The notes under the pieces are model-generated. The model had not been told where the DNA came from. It saw only the letters and a program-made list of their open reading frames with translations, and did no database searches. A stretch of DNA of 64,000 bases from Lama guanicoe (Eukaryota), in assembly GCA_013239625.1 (NCBI GenBank), contig MU054662.1, positions 13,009,798 through 13,073,797 on the forward strand, given 5' to 3'. The position numbers and the translations under genes are program-made. Position 1 is the stretch's first letter. Each line of letters starts with the position of its first letter. Below are positions 48,549 to 59,585 of this stretch, piece after piece.

Positions 48549-51114
48549 AGTACATCCTTTATGTATTCGCTTTAAAGTACATAAAGAAGATGGTGAAATT
48601 TCCTTTTGGCTTCCCTGGAAATAGGGGATCACCCTGAGTAAATTCTTTAAGCTTCTAAATGTGTAAAGACAAATAGTAAATTTTACAAAGTTCTGCTTAG
48701 CTTAAAAAAAAAAAAAACAGGGGTAGGGAGTGGTGGGGGAAAGAACAGCAAAGAAAGAAGAGGACGTCGCTGGCTATCCCTCTTGCCTTTCTTCCCCACT
48801 AGTTATTAAAAGAGCAAAGAAACCCCCCTGGGTCCCCTCCACTGTCTCCCCTCAGACGCTGGGCGGCTCTGCCCATGCTGGGCTGGAGGCCGATTTCACA
48901 CGGGCCAGGCGCCTGTCCTGCTTGAAAGAAAAGCAAGTGCAGCCTCAGAATATCTGAGATTCCCGGGATCACTCCACAAATTAGAACCTTTTATCAGCCC
49001 CTAATAGCTGTGCAAACTAATTATATTTTGGCCAAACCTTGCCAGTGACTCCCTGGAGGTACTATTATAAAATTGTGAGCTTGGAAGTGCGTCCCCATTC
49101 TGTCAGCATCAGGGTGATTCAGCTGCAGGCATGGTGTTCCAGATCAGTTCTGCTTCCACGACGTGCTTTGCGTAAACCGGGGCATTTGCAGGCTGGGGTG
49201 GCTGGGAGGGGAGCAGAGGGGCCATGGCTCTGTCTGAAAACACGGGGGCGTGCTTCCAGCCATCAGATGCAGGGGCTGGGTTTCAGAAGAATCCGTTTTT
49301 CTCCCTCCCAGATTTTAAGGGGAGGCTGCAGGGGTCTTAGCCCAAGACATAAAGCTGCCCGCTCTGCACCTGGGCTGAAACAGCCTCTGACTTAGGGAGT
49401 TTTGTCACCCCCTTCTCAATGTCTCTGTTTCTGCACATGCAGAACAGCAGTTCCCAGCATGCCACTGTTCAAATCCTTCGCCAGGTCTTAGAGCAGAATC
49501 TGAAGGAGGGGGACTTTCTCCGAGAGCTCGATGAGAGGGCTGTGGACCCCAGTTTGTCTCTGAGGATTTCGATTTACAAATAATAAAGGCTCCCACCCTA
49601 TGTGGTTGAAATGAATTTTTCAGCCACAAGTGTTTATCAAACATACTGGGACAACGCGACACGATTAGAGGTATCTGCCTGTGAATGCCAGTGGGTCCCC
49701 TCCCCCTCCCTGGGCTTCCTGATAATTGTCTGCAGGGCTGGCCTTGGAGAACAGTCACTGCAGCAAAGGTCCCCTTCCCCAGGGTCCCACGGAAGAGTCC
49801 GCGTCCAAGGTGACTGGAGAAGCCAACTTCTCCGAGTGGGAGCTGGCGTTCAGTTCCTTCGCGGGCTCTGCTTGGTCCTGCTGAAAGCAGGAAAATGAGT
49901 GGGATGACCTTCCAATGCACTTGGGCCACTTAGGACAGTGTGTTTTGACCACCGCCAGCACTGACCATCTGCCCAAGTTTCTGACCAACCATGGGCCACT
50001 GGTGCAGCTGGAGAGCTTGGAGGGGCAGCAGAAGTGGGAGGCTCTTGCCAAGTGGTCCGGGGGTGGTTCTGAGGCTGGCTAACAGAAGGCAGCCCCTCCA
50101 GCCCTGCAGTGTGGCCCTGAGCCCCGCTAGGCCCAGAGCAGAGGCAGGAGATGTGGAACCAGGAGGATGCCAGGGTCCAGGCCCTCTCTCATCAAAGGGT
50201 CCCGGGTTCATTTCTGTCTGTGCCATCTGCCATCATATCTCGAGGGCTCCTGCGATGGGTTCATCCAATTCTTGAATTCTTTCCAGTTGCCTCTAATTGC
50301 ATTGCAGATCAGTAAATCATCCCAGGCTGGGGCTGACAGGGAGAGACATGGGCGCCCTGCCACACCTGCAGCAGGTGCCTCTGAGGCAGCGGTCCAAGCA
50401 GCGCTCGGCACAGGCAGGAGGGATGCTGGCTCACTCAGTCCCCCGTGTGCCCCGGAGACCTCCCTGTCCCTGGGTCCTCCTTGAGTGCTTGCTAGCCAGG
50501 TACCTGCCTCAGGCAATGCAGGCAGCCTGGAAGGACTTAGCCGCTGTGTCTCTGACCGGAGGTGGTGATTGCCGTCTGGGTACTGAAGACAGCTGGTGGG
50601 AAAGGAGATGCTATGCTTCATCTGGAGTGTTACGAAGTTGGGACAGCACTTCTCGCCTGCTAAATAATGCAGTGGATTGATTCGTTGGGTCTGGGATGGG
50701 TCTAGAAACCTGCATGTTAAATGTGCGCCGCGGGAGCTTCGTGGGTGGTGACCAGCCCCCTCCCGCGCCTCCTGAAGGACCCCTGAATGTTGGATGGCAC
50801 GGTCCCTCGCTCTGGCCCTGGGCGCTGGAGGACCTGCTGTCTCCAGGTGGATGCAGGGCTCATGTTCTCTTCCCAACCTGGCCCCTCGAATGAGGACACA
50901 GATCCCTTCCGATTAAAACCGCAGTCAGCCACTCTGCGCACTGCAGCCCGGGGCACAGCCCAGGTGAGGCCCAGGGAGCTCTGCCGCGCGACGCGGAGGG
51001 ACATAATGGGGCGGAGCTAGCTGAAGGGCCTTCTATTAATGGAGCAGAATATAAACAGAATAAAGCCTTCATTTCCCAGCCTGTGGTTTCATTATTAATA
51101 TACTTTACAGTTCA

Positions 51115-51270
51115 NNNNNNNNNNNNNNNNNNNNNNNNNNNNNNNNNNNNNNNNNNNNNNNNNNNNNNNNNNNNNNNNNNNNNNNNNNNNNNNNNNNNNN
51201 NNNNNNNNNNNNNNNNNNNNNNNNNNNNNNNNNNNNNNNNNNNNNNNNNNNNNNNNNNNNNNNNNNNNNN
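51115..51270. other. Assembly gap
   Basis: Run of N. Confidence 0.99.
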
Positions 51271-53266
51271 CTGGATTAGGCAGGGGGTCCCCGGGCTCCT
51301 CCCAGGCCTGGCAGAGGACGGAGGCCCACCGTGCTGGGCCGGGTGTGACGGCTCCTGGGAGACACGTGGTGTGAAGCCAGGGGCTGGGGGCCGCGGGTGC
51401 AGCTCAGGGCCAGGGCAAAGCGATCGGACAGGAGGGCAGAGGGGACCGAAGGCTCCAGTGCAGCGAGGAGGAGAGGCCCGGTGTCACCGGGCGGGGGAGG
51501 CTGCCGGGCGGGGGTGATGTTGGAGAGAGCCGGCGGGTGCTTTAAGCTCAGGGACTTCTAGACACGCCCTTAAGGCTGTGAGGGAGCTCGCGGGGAGGTG
51601 CGGGACAGGAAGTCAGCCCTTGGGAAGGCGCTTCTGTCCCTCGGCCTGCAGACCCGGGCAGGCAAGAGTGGCAGGGCACTTGGTCCTAGGAGCCCATGTC
51701 GCCCGCCGTCCACTGCCCGGGGCGGGGGAGGCATTTGCCCCCCAGCACTAAGCTGGCACCTTCCTTCTCACACCCGACCCATGCTCAGCCACTCCGGTGA
51801 CCTCTGTCTCCCCAGTTCCTTCTCCCCGTCCCTGATCCCCGCAGAATGGAGCCTGTAGGGTGGGCCCGTGCTCTCCCCTCAGGGGGCAGCGGCAGATGGG
51901 CAGGAGGTGGGGCCCTGCTACCTCCTGGGCTCCATCCTGCCAGCTGCTGCCTCTGGTCCTTTCCTGACCCCAGGCCCCAGGGCCGGATGTCTGTCCTGCG
52001 AGGGTCTGATGTGGTCACTGCCCCAGGCTGGAGGGCAGAAACAGGCAAACTGGGGACTGAGCTGGAGCCAGAGGAGTCTGTTGCCTCAGGCCCACAGCTT
52101 CATTAGCCATCTGAGAGGAGCTGGCCATGCTGCGGTGGAATCCCTGAGAGGCTGGCCCACTCTCCCAGAGCTGAAGTGCTGCTTCAGGCCGGGGTGTGGG
52201 GCTCAGCCTGCACCTCCCAGCCAGACAGGCAGGGACGAGTCCCGCCCAGCCAGCAGAGAGGCAGAGAGGGAGAGAGGGCGGGAGAGTGTGTGTGTTGTAC
52301 ATGTGTGTATGAGTGTGCATGTGAGGGCGTGTGTGTGTGTCCGTATATGCCCGATCACGGATGTGGAGTCCAGCGGCCGTAGCATCCTTGGCTGTTCACA
52401 GCTAAGTCCCACAGCCACCCAGCATCAGGCACTTCCTCACTGGAGGTTCAGGACCACCGCACAGCGACAAGCTTGTGCGATTTCTTCAAGGTCCAGAGCA
52501 GCACTCAAGGTGGAGCCGTAAGAATACACCCAAATTCTGATCAAGAGGATCCCCTCCCCCCCACTGTGTGTTGGGCTCCCTCTCTTCAGTTTCCAGTTGT
52601 TTCTTTCTGGATAATATTCAGATAATTTTGCATTTCTCAAACACATGCCTACTGGGAGACATAAGTTGGGAGGGAAAAAGTGAGCCAGCCAAAGATGGCG
52701 ACATGACCAAAGGTGGGTAACACGCCTGACAGCACCCCAGCCCACCTTCACCCTCTGCCCTGGCTCTGCAGCTGCCCTGCGGGGGCCAAGGCCAGCCTGC
52801 TGCGTTTCTGCCCCTGCAGATGCCCCTCCCTCTGCCCAAAACACCACTCCATCCTCCCTGCCTCCCTCGAACCCCGCGCTCCCCCAGCAGTCCCCCCAGG
52901 GCCAGTTTAGGTGCACCTACCTTGGGAACCCCCCCAGCACCTGTCGTCACCCGCCCCCAGAGCACTGCCCCTCTCCTGGGCCCCTCTGGATGTGAGCTGG
53001 ACATGCACCCCTCACGTCCAGGGTTCCTCACACAGCAGTCTGTTATCTATTTGCCTGTCTTGCTCCCTGGACAGACAGTGAGTTTTTCAGAGCAGCGCCT
53101 GTAGAATGTCCATCTTGTAACCGATACCCACTCCGGAGCCTGGGTGCGTGGGAATTAGACAAATCTGGGTCTCAACCCCAGTGCCTCCACTTACGTGCTG
53201 TGAAACTGGCTGAACCAAACAGCCTCCCTGTGCCTCAATCAGTTACCTCCTCTCTAACACGGGGAG

Positions 53267-53600
53267 ACTGTAAGAGTGCTGCTGTGAGCATCGGGGTGCA
53301 TGGGATACTGTATAAAGTGCTGCTGTGAACATCGGGATGAGTGTGTCTTTTCGAATTAGAGTTCACACAAATGGACCGTTATGCTGTGCGCCAGAAACTG
53401 ACACCCTGTAACGGGCTGTACTTCAACTAAAAAAATTCTAATGATGTTTTCAGGGGTATATAAATATCAAAACTTATTTTGTACACTTTAAATTTGTCTA
53501 GTTTAGTATATCTCACTTATACCTAAATAGAGCTATTTATAAATAATAATAAATAATAAAGCTATACTAAATACATTAAAAAATTAAAAAATAAAATAAA
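53267..53600. mobile_element. Composite of short L1 pieces within a MIR
   Basis: An antisense ORF2 snippet duplicated with 41-bp period (agtgctgctgtga[g/a]catcggg at 53275 and 53316); a sense L1 3' tip with A tail (~53372-53435); then an older L1M-type 3' end ('gtacactttaaatttgtctagtttag...tatacctaaatagagct') and an A-rich tail. Confidence 0.65.
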
Positions 53601-55416
53601 ATGGGAATACTTAGCTTCCTTCAAGGGCAGGTTGTGAGGTAATCATATACGTAACAGGGAACTTAGGACAACAGTGAACGTAAAATAAATGCTCAGGAAG
53701 TCCTGCTTTCCTTTCCTTTAATAATTATCTCTTCTTTCCAATAAATGTTTGTTGAATGAATACATGAGAAAAATATATGTAGTAAAGTGCAAAATGAATG
53801 AATGGTTCAGACTCAGATTCCACTACGGAAGGACGAGGTCTTCAAGGTCAAGTGGAGAGAGGTCTGCCAGGAGGAGCTGGTCCTCCAAGTCACCCTGGAT
53901 TCAGAGATAAGTGCCTTCGCTCTGGAATCTCGGAGGACAGCCCTCTACACATTTGTAGTCCCCCCTCCCCTGCTATTCTCTGGTCTCTTTCCTTTACAGG
54001 AGCTGCAAAATTAGCTCACACTTTCCACCGAGTGCAGTGTTACCCCATGTGTTTCTTTAACCTTCCGCTTGGCGTTGTTAACCTCTCAGAAAGGCCTCAT
54101 CCAGCTCTAATTCCTGGGATCTTCCGAGAGCATCACCTTCCCCGCGCGGCCCTGGAGAGAGGGGCCCGAGATGACATTCTCTGGTCACAGTCCAGAGCAT
54201 CTGCACATGGGAGAAAATGGAGGAATTAAGAGAAACTGCTCTCAAACGATGCACGCCTGCCGAATCCTTAATTCCACCCCTTGGTGCTCAGAACTCTCGC
54301 CTTTGAACAGCACTCACAGTGAAGCCCACGGGCGGCCCCTCTCAGCGAGGGACGGGGAGAGCGGCGCATCCTTCTCCCGGCTTGTCACTGCAGAGCTGCG
54401 GTAATAATAGTCTTTTCCTGATCCCCTGAACTTTCCCATCTGCTTCATAAAACAATGGCACTTCTTCCCTCGCTCGGTCTCCCTCTCTCTTTTATTTTTA
54501 TCTTCCTGCACTATAATTTAAAGCTGTGGCAGTGCTGTAGCCCTCGAGATTTTTTTTTTTTTTTCCTCCTTTCTTCTCCCCTTGCTTTAATACACGACTG
54601 TTATTTAAAATGGCCTTTCGTCGGAGCGCAGGAAGCTGCCGGAGCCGGGGCACTGCCTCGCGCCTCTGTGGAGGGCGGGTGGGGCCGGCCTGGCCCCAGC
54701 CTCCCCGGGGACCCCCTTCCCGTCCCCACTGCCGCACAAATCGGCAGGGCTGTTTGTGTGTTTACTGGGTTTTCCCGCGAGGCGTGTTTTCAGAAGACCT
54801 CAGAAGCTGAGGCCCCAGAAATGCCCCCACGTCTTAAATGGCCATCGTATCAAGCTGGCGACCCTCAGCGGTCGGCCAGGCATTGCGTCCAAACAAAGCG
54901 ATCCGAGCCGAATGCAGCGAATGCGGCGTGCCCAGACCCCGGGAGGGGCCGCGCGTCGGCCACCAAGGCAGAGATTCTCGGCTGTTGCTGTGTGAGCGTT
55001 CCCTCAACTGCTCTGCCAGTCACACCGGGCCCCGCTCCCTGCCTCAGCTGGACGGCGGCCCCAGGGAAGGGCCGTGGCCGGGGGCTGCTTTTCCTGGGAG
55101 ATGCCATCTCTTTCAGGTGTCAAGGAGGAGGGCGGCGGGCCCTGGTGTCTCCCAGCCCATGCTGCCGCACCCGCTGCTCTGGTTTGGCCTCTGGCCAGCG
55201 ACCGCTTTGCCGTAAGACCCTTTGCACACTGCCGGCCTCTGTGTGGGTTCATTTCCATGGATGCACCTGTGCCTCTGAAAGCGATTCTGGCCTCCTGTGT
55301 TCTCTCCAGAGCCTCCTCTGAGCTGGCACCGGCCAAGCAATTATATTGTAAACGATCTCATGAAGGAAGATGCCATCGCAATAAAACACGGGGGACAGAA
55401 CAAGGCTGAAGGCTAG

Positions 55417-55420
<4 letters not shown>

Positions 55421-55456
<36 letters not shown>
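55421..55456. repeat. (GT)18 microsatellite
   Basis: Directly visible. Confidence 0.97.
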
Positions 55457-55458
<2 letters not shown>

Positions 55459-56090
55459 AGTAGGGGTCAGTGGGAAGGCACGTCCCAGCCCTCGTGGAGG
55501 TGACCACTCCTCTGTCTGGAATTTGCAGCCATTCCACCAGCTGGAGAAGGAATCTCTGGGGAAGACAGGGACTGCCTGTCCCCAGCTGGTGTGCCGAGGT
55601 CTACAGGCCCTCTGCAAAGGGAAGAGGTTTTCCTCCCAGCTGCAGTGGGCCGTCTCCCTGGCGGCGCTGCCCCCGCGGGCTGGCGGCAGGAGGACGTCCC
55701 CAGAGGTCTGGCCTCTTGGTTCTTCTGGTTTCTCGATACGTTCCTTTGGAGTAAATGTCATGGCTTCTGTTCCTCCTTCTCTGTCGGAAATCTCCGTTCT
55801 CTTCAACACTGGAAATCATCTTGCAAACCACAGAGATGAGAGGGAGGCTAGAAGCCAGGAGCCTGGGTTTCTGGTGAGTGAGATTCCCGGCCCTGAAGGG
55901 GTGATGTGGGTCAAGGCCACAGCCGCACGCTCCTCTCTGGTCTTTCCTTTAACTTTAGGCAGTGCGGGTATAATCAGTATCTTTACCTTCCTCTAACAGT
56001 TCAAGGCTGTCAGAGTGTTTAAAATTTGTCACGTTTCCAACTTCATAGCTGTTGCTGACCTACAGTTTAATTAAGATTATAGTTTTGATC

Positions 56091-56190
56091 ATCTCTAGGT
56101 CCATTCCTGTTGCTGCAAATGGCCTTATTCCATTCTTTATGGCTGAGTAGTATTCCACTGTGTGTGTGTGTGCGCGCGTGTGTGTGCGCA
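56091..56190 (-). mobile_element. Short L1 fragment ending in an alternating TG/CG tract
   Basis: 'tctaggtccattcctgttgctgcaaatggccttattccattctttatggctgagtagtattccactg', then tgtgtgtgtgtgcgcgcgtgtgtgtgcgca. Confidence 0.75.
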
Positions 56191-56574
56191 CTCCTGCGCC
56201 TCCACCTGGGATTATTTATTTAGTTATTTTGGTTTAGTTCTTCCTGCTCAAAGTACCATGCTCAGGGCTTCATCTAGCGCAGCTCTGCTGGCAGGCGGTG
56301 TCTCCTTGGACCCTCGCTGTCCCACGAAGCCCTCAGCCTCCCCCACCACCTGCCCGGTCCACCCGGTCGGCGGGGGCTGGTCGGTCAGTGCCGTTGTGCT
56401 TGGCAGACCTTCCTTTCCTCGTCTTTATTTCAACATTTGTTCCTCGTCTTATGGAAAATTAGAAATGTATCTACAATCAGCCCTCTGACTCACCTTCCCA
56501 TCAACCCCCGTTCTCCCCATTTCTTCTCATTCATTTCTGACAGCGTCGGGAACCAAATTCTTCTCTTTAACCAC

Positions 56575-57140
56575 TTTTTTTATTGAAATACAGTCAGTTT
56601 ACAATGTGCACAGCATAGTGTTTCAGTCATGCATGTACATACATATATTCATTTTCATACACTTTTTCATTGTAGGTTATTACAAGATATTGAATATAGT
56701 TCCCTGTGCTGTACAGTATAAACTTGTGGTTTACCTATTTTATATATAGTAGTTACTATTTGCAAATCTCGAACTCCCAATTTATCCCTTCCCACCCCCT
56801 TTCCCCCTAGTAACCATAAGTTTGTTTTCTATGTCTATGATTCTGTTTCTGTTTTATAGATAAGTTCATTTGTGTCTTTTTTTTTAGATTCCACATATAA
56901 ATGATATCATATAGTATTTTTCTATCTCTATCTGGCTTACTTCACTTAGATTGATAACCTCCAGGTCCATCCATGTTGCTGCATTAGTTCATTCTTTTTT
57001 ATGACCGAGTAGTATTCCATTGTGTAAATATACCATGACTTCTTTACTCAGTCAACTGTTGATGGACATTTAGGTAGTTTTCATGACTTGACTATTGTAA
57101 ATGTTGCTGCCGTGAACATCGGGGTGCATGTGTATTTTCG
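56575..57140 (-). mobile_element. 5'-truncated LINE-1 (end of ORF2 plus 3' UTR), same type as the 47.9-kb copy
   Basis: Poly-T, 'attgaaatacagtcagtttaca', 'atagttccctgtgctgtacagta', 'ctggcttacttcacttag' and 'gttgatggacatttagg'. Confidence 0.92.
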
Positions 57141-59427
57141 GCAAGCTAGATGCAGCCAGCCAGCAGAGCAGCAAGGTGACCCAGCCGCCAGGTCCATTAG
57201 TGACCCTGGGCATCCCAGAAAGGCCACTGCCCTCTCCCAAAAGCAGAGGGTCCGGGAGAGGGTTGGGGTAGGATGTGCGAGGCATGAACTGGCAGAGGAA
57301 CTTAGCAGCAGGAAAAAAAGTCCCAGGGAGAATCAGCAGTGGTGGGAGGGCACAGTACGGGGCACACGAGGGCCCCAGGTACTGGTGCATTGGAGGCTGT
57401 GGGCGAGAAGCTCCTTGCTGGTTGATAGGAGGGGGGAAGGCTCACTGCAGCTTTGGGTCCCGCATAATGATGGGTGAGACGCATGGGCTGGGTATCCAGG
57501 TATGTGGGGCTTTCCAGGGCTGCCACAGGGCTGGGGAGGCGAGGGACGTGTCTGTGTGCACCCCTGATGGCCTCTGAGAGGTTAATAGATGATTCTGTAG
57601 AGGGCAAAAGTGTACCTTGCTCGAACAGATTTAAAAATTCTGTGTGGTATGTTCCCCATTTGGAGATCCGTGATGTGTAAGAGCTGATTAAAGACTCTGA
57701 AGAGCCCGGCACTTATCTATTTAACCCAAAGTTTCTCCAAACTTGTTCAACGAAGACGTCTTTCTTTCCAACTACTGATTACCGTAACATCTTGCAGTGC
57801 GCATCTCGCATTTGGGAAAACCATTCATCCTAAAGCAACAACCCTCTCTGTTCTGCCTCTTGCTACTCAAGGGCTTTTTTTTTTTTTTTAATCCAACAAC
57901 ATGTTTCCAAAACGGTACCTGTGAACAATTCTCTTCCTGGAACTCTCTTCCCGTGTCCTCGGAGCTTACGATCTGGCCATGATTAGGATTCCTGTTTGTT
58001 GAGGGTCTGCTGTCTGCCCCGTGGGCTCCGTCCAAGTCATACCGCTAACCCTCACGGTGATCTTACTGCAGAGACAGCAGCGCCCCCGGTTCGTGGATGA
58101 AAACCTGAGAGCCAGGCTTCTTAAGTACCGTGCCCAAGGCTAGTGGGGAAGCCAGGATTTGACCTGAAGTCTGGCGGCCTCTAAGGCAGTGTTTTTCTGC
58201 CACACTCCACCAATTAAGAAAACGGGGCCCATTTACCAAAGAAAACAATGTAAGGAGCAGATACGCTTAACAGCCTTTCTAAAGTCGTACACACGCAGCA
58301 GTGGGTGCTGGGAAACCATCCAGCCCTGTCGGTCTTCTTGTCCGTCTGCAAACAAGGAATCTGAGATCTGGAGAAAGTGGAATGACTCGCCAGAGGTCAC
58401 AGGAGCAGCTGGTTTCAGAGTCAATAAGATTCAGATTCAAAGGGTTCAACTTGCAGAGTGAGGATGACCCCTGCCCCCAGGTCCCCAGCTCAGGCCTCCT
58501 GGGGGAGGCGTGGGGAGCGGAGCTGCTCCTGTTCACCTGTGCGGGCGGAGGGCCCAGCACGGGGCCTGGACGGATGACGTGGCTCTCGTCCACGAGTCTT
58601 CTGAATTCTCCTCAAATGTGGATTCTGGAGAAATGAGACAGTCTTCGCAGATTCATTGATAAACTCAGGCCAGGGAGAAGCTGGGTGTGCTCTGCCCAAA
58701 GCCCCGCTGTCACCGTGTGTCCCCTGCCTCCAGGCCACCAGCCACTCCCAGATTGCAGCTGTCACCTAAAGCTGATGGTGCTCCAGCGCCCACAGCCAGC
58801 GTCCAGCTCGGCTCCCGGTGTAGCCGGACGTCGTCACCTGCCCCCCCTCCCAGGGAAGCCTCTTGCCCACCTCCGCTACCCCCTGCTCTCTCAAGCCTCC
58901 TCGGCCACCTGTCCTCGCTCACTTTGCCGCTGCCTCCGAAGTTTCTCCTGCCCTCTGGTCTTTGTCTAGAACGTTGCTCTGTTTTCTTGTCCCTCATCCC
59001 CATGTTCCTCAGAACCCAGCTCGTCTCCTCAGCGTCTCCTGACTTTCCTACGCACGGGCCTCATCTCCTCCTTGTCCTCCGCTCACCAGACCTCCGCCTC
59101 CTGTTGCATCTCGCCCTGCGTCCTGTCCTCCTGGAGCGACTTCTGGCAGCCTCCTTTCCTTGATCACTCTCTCCTTGCTTCCCCTCATGTGACTTTCCTC
59201 ACGGCCCAGACTTTTCTGTGAAACAGCATCCTTTTCTATCTCCAGCCTGCCCTTCATCCCTCTGCCCTTGGGGCAGACCCCTGTGTCTGTCCTGACCTCC
59301 TCATTGTCCGTGTCCCCAGGAGACAGAGCAGCTCCGTTCTGCGGAGACGCCAAAGGCGGGCGGGTGGGAGGGAGCCGGGACTTCGCAGGTGGGTCAGCGT
59401 CTCCCGCTCCTGCTGGGATCCTCGGGT

Positions 59428-59585
59428 CTGGGGTTTCCAGCCCCAGTCCTGTTGACATCTGGGGCTGGCTGTCCTCCGAGGTGGGGGCCGTCCCATGGGA
59501 CTCGAAGCAACATCCCTGACTTCTGCTCCCTGAATGCCGGTAGCATCCACCTCCCAGCAGTGCCACCAAAAATGAGCAGACGCTC
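59428..59585 (-). mobile_element. MER20
   Basis: 'ggtttccagccccagtcctgttgacatctggggctgg...gcaacatccctgacttctgctccctgaatgccggtagcatcc...gtgccaccaaaaatg'. Confidence 0.65.

Noticed and set aside
54455-55321. 288-aa ORF (likewise 5579-6376, 21856-22587 and 33628-34446)
   Set aside because: No domain signature or splice structure; several cross repeats or homopolymer runs.
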